This document shows positions 1-10,014 of a DNA stretch of 37,065 nucleotides, piece after piece. A program made the position numbers and the translations under genes. The stretch comes from Pseudomonadota bacterium (GTDB lineage Bacteria > Bdellovibrionota_B > Oligoflexia > Oligoflexales > CAIMVM01), in NCBI GenBank assembly GCA_037142195.1, contig JBAXBA010000033.1:1-37065 (forward strand), read 5' to 3'. The notes below the pieces were generated by a model that saw only the letters and a list, made by a program, of their open reading frames with translations, did not search any database and was not told the DNA's origin. The first letter of the stretch is position 1; each line of letters starts with the position of its first letter.

Positions 1-1
1 C

Positions 2-328
2 AAAGGTCTCGACGCTTTTCCTACGGATCAGGTTGCCTTTTGGACACTGATTGAGAAATACAAGGCTACGTATTTTTGTGGACATCAACACATCTACCAC
101 GCTTCCCAACCTTGGAAAGACAAAGGTGGCAACGCTTGGCAGGTTCTTGCCGGATCGGGTGGGTCACCGTTTGATGCCCCGGCTAATCCTGCAGGCACAA
201 GTCCAAACCGATTGTACGCTTGGGTTAAGGTGTCCCTCTATCAGAGCGGCAAGATTCACGCCGAAACTTTTGCCTTTGATGAGAACTACGGAAACACCAA
301 AACTATTGAGAGTTGGGATATTCGCTAA
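2..328 (+). CDS. Calcineurin-like metallophosphoesterase, C-terminal part (5' end outside the window)
   Basis: Not in the ORF track. Frame 2 is open from the window edge to TAA 326-328 and reads ...FWTLIEKYKATYFCGHQHIYH...WQVLAGSGGSPF...; it carries the GHxH metal motif and the GSGG element typical of this family. Confidence 0.8.
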   Translation, partial: KGLDAFPTDQVAFWTLIEKYKATYFCGHQHIYHASQPWKDKGGNAWQVLAGSGGSPFDAPANPAGTSPNRLYAWVKVSLYQSGKIHAETFAFDENYGNTKTIESWDIR

Positions 329-393
329 GCTTCGGGGGTTCGCACCTTGCCAGTGAGTGTGCAGTGACAAATAGCTTTGCCTAGTGGGCCTTC

Positions 394-1062
394 ATGAGTA
401 TGTATCTTTCTTCTCCTTTCCGCCAGCTTTTCTATGGGACACTTTGCCTGATGAGTCTTTCTTGTAGCGTTTTGGAGCCTGGTGGAAAGAGCAAACACCA
501 GGCCCCGGCAAGGTCTATGCCAAACGTGACTGTAACGGGTATTCTCGCAACTCAAAATAGCGGTCCCGCTGAAGTCATTTTCATTCGTCACGGGGAAAAA
601 CCTTCTGTTGGCGACGATTTGAATGACAAAGGGTATCAACGTGCGCAACTCTTGGTGAACTATTTTAAAACTAGCCCTGATGTCACAGCTTTTGGTGCCC
701 CTGTGGCGATCTATGCCATGGCTAGACCTCATCAGAATAGCGGTAGCTTGCGAGCTATTGAGACAGTTACGCCCTTGGCACTTTCCCTCGGCCTTACAGT
801 GAACACTAGCTATTTGAAAGACGATTATCAGGCTATGATTAAGGACATCATGAGTCACCCCGAGTACAGTGGTAAAATGGTCCTGATTTGCTGGGAGCAT
901 GCAGTCATTCCAGAAATCTTGGATGGGTTTGGCTACACTGGCGCCCCTCAGGAGTGGCCGGGTTCCAACTACTTTGATCGAACATGGGTGCTCGATTTTG
1001 CCGACAACAGACCTTCGACCTTCCATGACTACAATCAACACTTATTTGCCGATGATCAATAA
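394..1062 (+). CDS. Histidine phosphatase superfamily protein, probable lipoprotein
   Basis: RHG motif (FIRHGEKP), G..RA, RAIETV and the C-terminal catalytic His (ICWEH); N-terminal hydrophobic stretch ending SLSC. Exact start uncertain. Confidence 0.85.
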   Translation: MSMYLSSPFRQLFYGTLCLMSLSCSVLEPGGKSKHQAPARSMPNVTVTGILATQNSGPAEVIFIRHGEKPSVGDDLNDKGYQRAQLLVNYFKTSPDVTAFGAPVAIYAMARPHQNSGSLRAIETVTPLALSLGLTVNTSYLKDDYQAMIKDIMSHPEYSGKMVLICWEHAVIPEILDGFGYTGAPQEWPGSNYFDRTWVLDFADNRPSTFHDYNQHLFADDQ

Positions 1063-1403
1063 AAGTGGCAATTTAGAGAGGCATTCGCAGGGACGGACCA
1101 TCTGACTATCTTTTGGGATCCAAGGGGACTCGTTGCGGAGGATTAAGCGTTTGGTCTTATTTAAGGGCCTTGATTAGGTCTTAAAATTCAAAATTTTATG
1201 ACACATATATTTGCGTTAGCAACCAGCTGTCCCGTTTGAGTGTGAGTAGTGATGGTAAACTTGCGTCTGTGGTCCTGGGTCTGACTGTTTTTTTTTGCTT
1301 AGGCCATTATTTCCTTTTTTTCGTTCTGATGTATCTTAAATTTTAGACTCCCTTCCAGCATCCTTTCGCGCTAAATTCTTTTTGCACTTGCAATTGCACT
1401 GAT

Positions 1404-1440
1404 TTAGTTAGTGACGCAAACTAATTGTAGTGCTAACTAT
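1404..1440 (+). promoter_or_regulatory. Putative MarR-family operator(s)
   Basis: Perfect inverted repeat TTAGTT(1404-1409)-N9-AACTAA(1419-1424), then a related half-site CTAACTAT (1433-1440), just upstream of the marR-like gene. Confidence 0.55.
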
Positions 1441-1470
1441 AAAAGGTAGCAATACTGAAGGAGTAACTAC

Positions 1471-1941
1471 TTGGAGATAAGTAGACGAAAACCAAAGGCG
1501 TCCATTGCTGAAGTAAGAATCCATCCGGTGTTGCAGCAATATCTCGGCTATTGTTTGGGTAAGGCGGGAGCAATAATGCGTCGCAATTTGAATGTTGCTT
1601 TTGCCGAATATGGCGTCGAAGCTAAGCATTTTGCAGTATTGAGAGTATTGGGTGACTCAAATCAGCCAAACCAGCTCGCTATCGGCTTGGACATGGGTGT
1701 TGATAAGGCGACGATGGTTAAACTTATCGATGATTTGGAAGCTAAAGGATTAGTGGAAAGAATTGTAGATCCAGCTGATCGCCGCGCTAAGCTTATTACT
1801 ATCAGTAGGCGCGGACGAGGTCTGGCTAAGACTCTTGAGTCGGTCCGTGACTCAGTAGAAAGTGACTTCCTCCGGGGCTTGAGTTTACGGGAAAAACACA
1901 CACTCAGAAAAACCCTAACAAAGTTGGTGGGTGCTTTATGA
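1471..1941 (+). CDS. MarR family transcriptional regulator
   Basis: Winged HTH signature VDKATMVKLIDDLEAKGLVER..DPADRR; TTG start preceded by AAGGAG. Confidence 0.92.
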   Translation: MEISRRKPKASIAEVRIHPVLQQYLGYCLGKAGAIMRRNLNVAFAEYGVEAKHFAVLRVLGDSNQPNQLAIGLDMGVDKATMVKLIDDLEAKGLVERIVDPADRRAKLITISRRGRGLAKTLESVRDSVESDFLRGLSLREKHTLRKTLTKLVGAL

Positions 1942-3245
1942 AGAAGAATTTTTCTAATTTCCTGGTCTTTTGGGTTCTATCGGCCAACGTCGGGGCAATG
2001 ACTTTTGAACAAGCTTTGCGTACAGCAGAGTCCCAGTCCATAGATTTGCGGCGGGCACTTCTAGCAGCTGAAATAGCGCAAGCTGACGCCCGCGTAGCTG
2101 ATTACGAAGACTCATTGAAGGCGACTTTTAACGCTTCCGTAGCTGATTATAGACCTAAAGATCGCCAGACAATAGCCGCATTGGCTAATAAAGACCGGGT
2201 GGCGAGCTTCACGCTAAGTCGATCGGTTTTGGACTTCGGTCGCCACACAGCGCGGATGCAACAAGTAACCGGCACCAAAGAAGTAAAGGATTTGAGTGCT
2301 GAGGAGTTACATGACAGCTTAAACTATCGCCTTTCTCGTGCTTATTCCCTTGTCGCAGTTACGGGGGCCTTAAAAACTTTAGCCGAGGGGCAAGTGCGTG
2401 TCGCGGAGGGTCGTTTAAAGCAGCAGGCGGCCAATTATCGTCACGGACTGCGCACGGAGAGTGACTGGATTGCAGCCCAGGTGGATCTTGGAAAGGCGCA
2501 AATAATGCTCAAGAAAGCTATGGATGATGATCTCCTGAACCGTTTGGCGCTAGCCCGCCTTCTCGGTATGTCGCGGCAAGAAATTGCAGAGGCGTCGTTC
2601 CCCTTTCCAGCAGACTCCTCGACTTATGCGGCAAAGCTTGCTGACCGGGTGCGGTCGTGGAATTCTTTTTTGCCGACGACAACTGTTCGCCGTCTACAGC
2701 GCGAACAACTGGCACTGACGGCAGAGCGGGATCTTATGATAGCATCCAAAAGGCCGACCCTTGGTTTGGCATTGGTGGCCCAGAAGGCAGGACCTAGAGA
2801 TGGGGAATGGAACGACCGCTATACCGGTCAGTTGACTCTTAATTGGGATCTCCCTTGGACAGGACAGTCCCGCGAAGAAGAACAAAGGATCACCTTGCGA
2901 CAACAAGATGTAAAACTGGCTATCGAAGGCGAAACCCAGGATCGCAGCGATAAGGCTTTGAACGCCAACCAGGTATTCTCGGCAGCTGAATCGCAATTTC
3001 GCGCGCTTGGCGAACAGCAGCAGCTAACGAAGCGTTTACTCCTGCTCGTGAAACAGCGCTACGAGTCGGGCAAGGCTTCGGCACTAGAAGTAGCAGCAGC
3101 AGAATCAGATCACATTAATAACACTCTGGAACAGATCCGACAGCTGGGTGTCATGATCGTTGCAGCCATCGATAGCTCTGAAGCCAAAGGCGAAAAAGAC
3201 GTAGGCCAATTTTTTTCATCAACAATGGGATGGGGGCAAGACTAA
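1938..3245 (+). CDS. TolC family outer membrane efflux protein
   Basis: Signal peptide; two OEP repeats (YRHGLRTESD, RYESGKASALEV); ATGA overlap with marR; lies upstream of MFP and RND genes. Confidence 0.88.
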   Translation: MKKNFSNFLVFWVLSANVGAMTFEQALRTAESQSIDLRRALLAAEIAQADARVADYEDSLKATFNASVADYRPKDRQTIAALANKDRVASFTLSRSVLDFGRHTARMQQVTGTKEVKDLSAEELHDSLNYRLSRAYSLVAVTGALKTLAEGQVRVAEGRLKQQAANYRHGLRTESDWIAAQVDLGKAQIMLKKAMDDDLLNRLALARLLGMSRQEIAEASFPFPADSSTYAAKLADRVRSWNSFLPTTTVRRLQREQLALTAERDLMIASKRPTLGLALVAQKAGPRDGEWNDRYTGQLTLNWDLPWTGQSREEEQRITLRQQDVKLAIEGETQDRSDKALNANQVFSAAESQFRALGEQQQLTKRLLLLVKQRYESGKASALEVAAAESDHINNTLEQIRQLGVMIVAAIDSSEAKGEKDVGQFFSSTMGWGQD

Positions 3246-4288
3246 TGGGGTGCTTAAATAGCGTCGAGAGACTATCTAGGGCGTTGCTGGGACGTTTTCG
3301 AGTGGTTATGCTTTCTAGTGTGCTAGTGATCTTATCTGTCTCTGGTGCATGCACAAAACCTTCAGATTCAAAGGCTGGTAACGCAGAAGATGCCGCCAGC
3401 TCTAAAAATGCAGGTGCTCATGAGAGTGGAAATGAAGGAAGGGCTGGCAAATCGGATCAAGCCACCCGCAACTCCCATGAAGGCAAGGGTGGTGGCGGAC
3501 GCGGCAGCAATGGTCCTGTTCCGGTGCGAGTGGCTGAAGTGGAGGTCAAAGAAGCACCAAGAATTGTGACGACAGTCACTCCACTTGCAGGACGTGTGCA
3601 AGCAGAAGTCTATTCCAAAGTATCAGGTCGCATTTCCGCGATCGGCCCCAAAGAGGGTCAACCTGTGAAGCAGGGCGAAGTACTTTTTCGTGTAGATCGC
3701 AGCGACCCGGGTGAATCCTATCTTAGCGCACCCGTGCAGAGTCCTATCAGTGGCTGGGTCGGTAGATGGCGAGTGACAAATGTAGGAGAGCAGGTCACAC
3801 CTTCTGATCCGGTGGTGGCAATTGTGGATGACCATTCGCTCAAGGCAATTGCCTTTGTGGCTTCAGCGGACTGGCTTGAAATTTCCCCCGAAACGAAAGT
3901 TACAGCCGAAGTAAATGGTGAAGAGCGCCAAGGGCGTATTGAAACGATTGCGCGCTCGGCGGATGTTACTTCTGGAAGAGGAAGCATCACGGTAGGAATC
4001 GATAATGAGGGACGCACCTGGCGTTCAGGTCTCTATGCTCGCTTGAAATTTGCAGTTGCGCCTAAACCACGATTGTTGATTCCTGCGGCGGCATTAGTAG
4101 TCACAGATCAGGGGGCCTATGTGTATGTAGTAGATGGCGAAGAGGCTAAGCGTACGGTAGTAAAATTTAGCATGCTTGATAGTGATACGGTGGAAATCAC
4201 CGATGGCCTAGGTAGTAAGTCGATGATTGTCATCGCTGGTGGCAATCTCCTTGGGGACCGGAGTCCTGTGCGCGTGGTCAAAGACTAG
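3245..4288 (+). CDS. RND periplasmic adaptor (MFP), lipoprotein, lacking the alpha-hairpin
   Basis: Lipoyl half-motifs VYSKVSGRI..KEGQPVKQGEVLF and VQSPISGWV; C-terminal LLIPAAALV..VYVV..VEITDGL; SGAC lipobox. Start placed at ATG 3245 (TAATG overlap with tolC), but uncertain. Confidence 0.88.
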   Translation: MGCLNSVERLSRALLGRFRVVMLSSVLVILSVSGACTKPSDSKAGNAEDAASSKNAGAHESGNEGRAGKSDQATRNSHEGKGGGGRGSNGPVPVRVAEVEVKEAPRIVTTVTPLAGRVQAEVYSKVSGRISAIGPKEGQPVKQGEVLFRVDRSDPGESYLSAPVQSPISGWVGRWRVTNVGEQVTPSDPVVAIVDDHSLKAIAFVASADWLEISPETKVTAEVNGEERQGRIETIARSADVTSGRGSITVGIDNEGRTWRSGLYARLKFAVAPKPRLLIPAAALVVTDQGAYVYVVDGEEAKRTVVKFSMLDSDTVEITDGLGSKSMIVIAGGNLLGDRSPVRVVKD

Positions 4289-4314
4289 CTAACTCAGAAA
4301 ACGAGGTCCCTGTC

Positions 4315-7300
4315 ATGGATATTGCCAAACTATCAATTGATCGACCCAAATTTATCACCATGGTTACACTGTTTCTGGTGGTTGTTGGCGTCTTAGCTCT
4401 ACGGAAAATCCCCGTTGATCTCTATCCTAGTGTCAGTTACCCAGTCCTCGTGGTTCGCGCCCAATTCCCGGGAGCAGCCCCAGAGGAAGTGGAGCAGCTG
4501 ATCACCAAGAAAATGGAGGATTCATTATCGACAATCTCGGGTATTAATACCTTGCGCAGCGTTAGCCGTGAAGGTATTGCCATTGTGCAAATGGAGTTCA
4601 ATCCAGGTGTCGATGTGCGCTTCCAAGAGATTCAAGTTCGAGGAAAGATTGCCAATCTCCGTGCTAGTCTACCCGACAATTTGAAGGAACCTGAGATTTT
4701 TAGGCAGGATCCAGACGACGTACCCATTATAGAAATTGCGGTATCCGGAGCGCGAAGCTCTTCAGAAATGAGTCAAATTGCTGATGACGTGATTGCGCGA
4801 CGTCTGCGTCAGTTACCGAGCGTTGGGCAAGTGGATTTGGTTGGCAATCGTACTCCTGAAATTCAGATCAATCTCAATCCTGAGGCTATTGATGCCTGGC
4901 ATGTCAATCCTAAAGATGTCGTTTCTGCCATCAAGAATATGAATCGAAACGACCCTGCTGGGACGGTTAAAGGACATGACCGCGTGTGGCTTTTGAGGTC
5001 GCTCTCCCAATCGCGCACGCCCCATGATCTTGGTTTGATTCCTGTCACTAAAACTACCCAGGGGCAGCCTATTCTCCTCGAAGATCTCGCTGAGATTACC
5101 TCGGGTTTTTCGGAGATCAGCAAAGTCAGTCGGTTCGGGGATGCATCGGGTTTGAAGCCAGCAGTACTCCTGAATGTTCTAAAGCAGTCAGGAGAAAATA
5201 CAGTCGAAGTTTCAGACCGAGTTCGGACCTCTCTGACTGAAATGGCAAAGGTTTTGCCACCGGATGTTCATGCCACGATTACCCGCGACAATGCTGATTT
5301 GGTGCGGGAAAACGTTGCCGACGTTTATGAAAGTTTGGCCCTAGGAGCCCTACTAACGGTCATCGTTGTTTTGGTATTTTTACGGAGTCCGCGATCCACT
5401 TTAACGACGGGGCTATCATTGCCAAGCAGCGTGATAACAGCTTTTGCAGTGATGGCGATCGCAGGATTTACAGTCAACGTCATGACTCTTCTGGCGTTGT
5501 CACTTGCCATTGGTTTGCTCGTTGATGATGCGATAGTGGTGCGAGAAAATATTTTTCGTCATCTCCATCTTCGAGATTCCAAAAGTGCAGCTTTGAAAGG
5601 CACAAAAGAAGTACAATTGGCGGTAATAGCCACAACTCTCACCATTGTGGCGGTGTTTTTACCGGTTGGGTTTATGGGTGGTGTTTCGGGGCAGTTCTTC
5701 AAGCAGTTTGCATTGACGGTGGTTTTTGCTGTTTTGGTGTCTCTTTATGATGCCATGACGATGGCACCAATGCTCTCGGCATACTTTGCAAACATTGCTA
5801 ATCCCAGCGATGAATGGCGGCAATTTGGTCGATTCGGGCTGTGGTGTGATCGTATGTTGATTGCTTTTGAACACTCTTTTGACCGAGTGTCGACCTTTTA
5901 TGGACGGCTACTGTCCAAGTTGATTCGAAGGCCGATAATCGCGACCGTAATTGCCTTGTTAGCGGTCGCAGGTGCGTTTGTAGGCTTTTCGTTCGTTAAA
6001 AAGAGCTTTTTGCCCGCACAGCTAGGTAAGGTTTTTACTGTGAGTTTGCAAGGTCCCATTGCAATTCCCATCGAGCGGGTCTTGGAAGTCAGTAACATAG
6101 CCGATGGACGAATAGGGAAATTACCAGGGATAGCAAACTGGACGGTAAGCTCAGGTCTTAGTTATACGGGAAATGCTTCGGTGGAGTTTACGGTGCGTGT
6201 CAAGGACGAAGTAGCTAAGAATCAGGATCAGTTAGCTGGTGTTCGTAGCGATATTCGCAAAACCTTACAGGGAATCCCAGGTTACAGTGTCAGGGTTTCT
6301 GAACCCGCAGATCCGTTATCGGGGAGTACAGGGCGATTTCAACCCCTAGCGGTGGTTGTTTCGGGAGACGATATTGGAACTTTGCAGCAAATAGGTCGTA
6401 AAGCGCGTGAGATCATGGCTAGTGTCGAAGGTGTTACCGATATCGCGCAGATTCAAGTCGAAGGATTGCCTGAATTTCAGGTGCGCACCGATCCTTTACT
6501 AGCAGGGCCTTTAGGTGTCAATGCTACCCAGGTTGGTGAAGCTCTTTCAACTTGGGTGATCGGGGATGCCAGCAACAGCATCGCTGTCGGTCAGGATCAA
6601 GTTCCCATACGTGTGCGTTTAAAAGATGGGGATCGACAGTCGCCCCTTGAGCTTCTCTCTAAGAATATTTTTGTTCGTCCACAAGGCGCAAAGTCTGATG
6701 TTGGTGTTTCTTTGCGGGCGATCTCCACGACAAGCACCGGCGCAGGGTCGTCCCTAATCAATCGCGAAAATCGTCAGCGCATTCTCCGTGTGGGAGCCAA
6801 TTTAGCCCCTGGAGCTGCTCTAGGTGATATTGTGAGTGAGCTTAATGGCAAACTCAGAGATCTTCCTCTTCCTGATGGCTATCGGGTCCGGATCGCGGGC
6901 CAGAATGAACAGATGAATGAGTTGTTTACCAATGTGGTCTGGGCCATCGGTCTTGGCAGTATATTTGTCTACATGATTCTCGTGAGCCTCTTTGAATCCT
7001 TCACTCAACCCATTTCCGTGATGGCAGCGATACCACTGGCAGCAACTGGCGCTGTGGCAGGACTCCTACTTTTTAACAAACCTTTAGATCTCTACGCGGG
7101 AGTCGGCATGATTTTATTAGCTGGCATTGTTGCAAAGAATTCCATCTTATTGGTTGACTTTGCGATGCAGCGAGTGAGGGATCATCAAGTGGATCCCACG
7201 GCAGCCATTCTGGAAGCAGCTCCGCTCCGCCTACGCCCCATCGTTATGACTTCGGTTGCGATGATAGCAGGGATGATTCCCGTGGCTGCTGGTCTAGGTG

Positions 7301-7452
7301 CAGGGGGAGGGGCACGACAAGGTTTGGGTATTGCCACCATTGGAGGAGTGATTAGTTCTACGCTCTTGACGTTGCTTGTTGTTCCAAATTTGTATGTGGC
7401 AATTGAAAAAGTGAAGGATCGGTTTAAGGAAAAATTATCTAAAAAAATGTAA
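4315..7452 (+). CDS. RND efflux permease (AcrB/AcrD/AcrF family)
   Basis: 1045 aa; proton-relay motifs intact (LLVDDAIVVRENI, IVAKNSILLVDF, RLRPIVMTS); GAGG RBS. Confidence 0.96.
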   Translation: MDIAKLSIDRPKFITMVTLFLVVVGVLALRKIPVDLYPSVSYPVLVVRAQFPGAAPEEVEQLITKKMEDSLSTISGINTLRSVSREGIAIVQMEFNPGVDVRFQEIQVRGKIANLRASLPDNLKEPEIFRQDPDDVPIIEIAVSGARSSSEMSQIADDVIARRLRQLPSVGQVDLVGNRTPEIQINLNPEAIDAWHVNPKDVVSAIKNMNRNDPAGTVKGHDRVWLLRSLSQSRTPHDLGLIPVTKTTQGQPILLEDLAEITSGFSEISKVSRFGDASGLKPAVLLNVLKQSGENTVEVSDRVRTSLTEMAKVLPPDVHATITRDNADLVRENVADVYESLALGALLTVIVVLVFLRSPRSTLTTGLSLPSSVITAFAVMAIAGFTVNVMTLLALSLAIGLLVDDAIVVRENIFRHLHLRDSKSAALKGTKEVQLAVIATTLTIVAVFLPVGFMGGVSGQFFKQFALTVVFAVLVSLYDAMTMAPMLSAYFANIANPSDEWRQFGRFGLWCDRMLIAFEHSFDRVSTFYGRLLSKLIRRPIIATVIALLAVAGAFVGFSFVKKSFLPAQLGKVFTVSLQGPIAIPIERVLEVSNIADGRIGKLPGIANWTVSSGLSYTGNASVEFTVRVKDEVAKNQDQLAGVRSDIRKTLQGIPGYSVRVSEPADPLSGSTGRFQPLAVVVSGDDIGTLQQIGRKAREIMASVEGVTDIAQIQVEGLPEFQVRTDPLLAGPLGVNATQVGEALSTWVIGDASNSIAVGQDQVPIRVRLKDGDRQSPLELLSKNIFVRPQGAKSDVGVSLRAISTTSTGAGSSLINRENRQRILRVGANLAPGAALGDIVSELNGKLRDLPLPDGYRVRIAGQNEQMNELFTNVVWAIGLGSIFVYMILVSLFESFTQPISVMAAIPLAATGAVAGLLLFNKPLDLYAGVGMILLAGIVAKNSILLVDFAMQRVRDHQVDPTAAILEAAPLRLRPIVMTSVAMIAGMIPVAAGLGAGGGARQGLGIATIGGVISSTLLTLLVVPNLYVAIEKVKDRFKEKLSKKM

Positions 7453-7760
7453 AGAAATTATGGTTTCAAGAAACTAAATCGTCGGGTATGAGTTATGAAA
7501 TCTAGCTGGAAAATCAACTCAACTTTTTGGTATACCCCACCCACCTGACTCCTGCTCTTCTCGAATTTACAGGACCTGGACTTAGTTGCAGCCTTTCAAA
7601 GCAGAAGAAAGCCGCGGTTGCTTGTTTTTCAGATTTTGTAACAAACTCTTCATCGTATAGGCCAGTATATCTTAAGTGTTAAGCAAAGCGCCGCCTTAGC
7701 CATAGATGTCAACCATCAATGGTGGACATGCTTTCCAATATATCTTCTGTGAAACCAAAC

Positions 7761-8003
7761 TCAAAATGCTCCCGTGCCTCCCACTGACGAGGCAGTCAAT
7801 GGCGCTAGAATTTGCGTGTTTACATAGTCGACTATAGTCGCTGTCTCATTGATCACGCGCTGATTGATCACCGGCCGATCGCCTTTGTAGCTGAACGCAT
7901 GGAAGTTCTGGCTAGATGGGACGAATGGAGCCTTAGCTGCGATGTCTCCAGCAGGTATAGAAGCTGGAGCAACAAATGCGTTCCTATTACCCGTTGCATA
8001 CAT
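7761..8003 (-). CDS. Hypothetical 80-aa ORF, possibly a gene remnant
   Basis: Protein-like composition, but no recognisable motif or RBS; lies in the decayed junction region. Confidence 0.2.
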   Translation of the reverse strand: MYATGNRNAFVAPASIPAGDIAAKAPFVPSSQNFHAFSYKGDRPVINQRVINETATIVDYVNTQILAPLTASSVGGTGAF

Positions 8004-8211
8004 TGAGTCACAACGAATTCAAAGACTTTAGCCATCCTTTTCCCAAAATAGAGTTTTTGATGGGAATAGTCTCAGCGCATGATTTATTGACGGGCCTGTC
8101 CTTCTTTTCCTATGGTTTTAGAACTATCTTATTTCGGCAGGGTGAGTGAGGGGCAAAGACCCCACCCCAATTTGACTAAATGGATTTAGGGAGGAGGAAT
8201 GATTGCACTTC

Positions 8212-8640
8212 CTTTTTCTATAAACCCCGGGAGTGAAAAGGAGATGGGAGGTTTCATCACTATAGGCCTCTTTGAATCCAAGTTTTACTAGGCCTTACTC
8301 TGTGATCTCCAGGCGTTCATTAGACAAGGGGCCTCGAGATATATACCCCACTAGCTTTCTAAGGCTGTCTCGGGCCAAAGAATTAATCGAGCTATTAGCA
8401 TGGAGAGAAAAGGCCTTGGTAGAAACGAACCGGTGGCCCTTTGCCTGTGGAATTTCCTTATAGTAGGCAAAGCCTGATCCGATACTAGTCACTTGACGAC
8501 CCGCATTAGGAGCAAAGGCAATCGTTCCCACAATCGATGAAGAAGTGGCCATGGCGAGGGATTCATGCTCTCTAAAGAATCTGTCACTAAGTGGATGGTA
8601 CAAATATCTCTTTCGTAATTAAAGTAACCATGTTTTATAG
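8212..8640 (-). pseudogene. IS91/ISCR-family rolling-circle transposase, internal fragment
   Basis: Reading through TAA 8295-8297 gives IAFAPNAGRQV...AFSLHAN...LRKLVGYISRGPLSNERLEITE*GLVKLGFKEAYSDETSHLLFTP, then FIEK after a frameshift. This matches the family pattern GFSLHA..LERLCRYISRP..RL....V...K.PY.DGT.H..F.P..FI. Confidence 0.85.
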
Positions 8641-8724
8641 ACTAAGCTCAGTGCTAGGATTCATCTTCACTACGACCATGAAAATTCGGTAGCAAGACTT
8701 GCCTTTTCCGCACCCCCTTCGTTT

Positions 8725-9285
8725 CTATGACAACAATTTCGCCAACCAATCCGGATGGAAATTCCATCCGAGAATTCCTGCCATTCCCATCACAAATCCA
8801 AAGGCACCTGAACTCCAAGACAAATAGAGAATGGGCGAACTCGTAATCAGAGCCGATACTGCGAGAGTACCCAGTGAGATCGACAAGGCAGCATCCGCAA
8901 TATCGAATTGGTCATCTTTGAAATTCAGCGAATCATATTCTTTCTCAAAACCTTGGGCCTTGTCTTTCAGAACCTGCGCCTCTTCACCATACCGCTTAAC
9001 CTCGCCCGCATAGCTTTCTTTCTGAACTTGTAACTGTGCTGCCGAATTCGCTATTTTCAGTGCTAAAAAGGAATCGCATTGCTTCACACCCATTTCAGCT
9101 AGATGAAGCTTTAACTTCTTAGCTTGGTATTCGCCCCAAGTGTCAATGGCATTGGATTTAGCCATCTGCATTGCCTGCACAATATTGTCATCTTTGACTT
9201 TTGCTATCGCCATAAAAACGCTAATCAATGCTACGGTTATAGCGATTAAATTATTATGTCGATCTTTGCGAGCACTACCTTCCAT
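8725..9285 (-). CDS. DUF4337 family membrane protein
   Basis: IAITVALISVFMAI..DTWGEYQAK..K signature, coiled coil and C-terminal TM pair; ATG 9285 with AAGGGAG RBS. Confidence 0.8.
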   Translation of the reverse strand: MEGSARKDRHNNLIAITVALISVFMAIAKVKDDNIVQAMQMAKSNAIDTWGEYQAKKLKLHLAEMGVKQCDSFLALKIANSAAQLQVQKESYAGEVKRYGEEAQVLKDKAQGFEKEYDSLNFKDDQFDIADAALSISLGTLAVSALITSSPILYLSWSSGAFGFVMGMAGILGWNFHPDWLAKLLS

Positions 9286-9409
9286 TAGATCTCCCTTATT
9301 TAGCAACTTAAATTTTTAACTGCGATAGATCGCCTTTGGATCAAAGATTGGATGCAATAGAACAATGTCAATCTACTATAGCGTGGGCAACCTAGTCTAT
9401 TCGATTTTT

Positions 9410-10014
9410 CTAGGTGTTCATTCCGAAAGAGGCGAGTAGACCAGGACAATTATTATCGCAGAAGAGGCTGTTCAACATGTCAATAATTGCCAGTTCAGTA
9501 GTTGAAGTCGCGACCTTCCCTTTGAAGTTGGGGGCGCCTTTAAGACGCTGGTTGATCATTGGCGCTTTTTAACTCGTCCGTTTATAGATCTTCGAAGGAC
9601 TTTCCAGAAACTGGTCGATAGCGATCGAAAGTTAGATTCCGTTATAGAAGCGCACCAGGAGTCGCACTCATCACAAGTCGAAACCTCGACAATGAAGTTG
9701 GATATCTTTCAAGATTTAATAACAAAAGAGCTCTTTTTAATTACAGATTCCTTGCCCCGAGTGAGTATTCCTCTGGAGAAAAAGTCGGCCGTGCACATAT
9801 TTTATGGCAAGGGTCAGCTCGCATAAGATGGATCCTCATTGAAGCAACTGGGCGGGCGATTAACAAGGATGCGGCATTGAAGGAAGCTTTTGACAGGATA
9901 GCGAAATCTCGCGGTAAAAAGCGAGCTATCGTTGCCATAGCAGGAGGACTCATTGGGAGTATCCGTGCATGCTTTAGAACTGGCAAACAATATGCCGTAG
10001 GAACCTACGCATAA
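9410..10014 (+). pseudogene. IS110 family transposase remnant (C-terminal Transposase_20 region)
   Basis: Not in the ORF track. 9643-10014 reads YRSAPGVALITSRNLDNEVGYLSRFNNKRALFNY..LAPSEYSSGEKV..HI..QGSARIRWILIEA...RGKKRAIVAIA..L. Frameshifted upstream pieces include LKTLVDHWRFLTR..DRKLDSV. No N-terminal DEDD domain seen. The 5' boundary is approximate. Confidence 0.88.

Noticed and set aside
51..356. 101-aa + strand ORF and the antisense ORFs at 164-370 and 325-1041
   Set aside because: They are shadows of the metallophosphoesterase frame (2-328) and the histidine phosphatase.
8199..8291. 30-aa + strand ORF after GGAGGAGG
   Set aside because: Mostly antisense to the IS91 remnant, and the SD spacing is too short.
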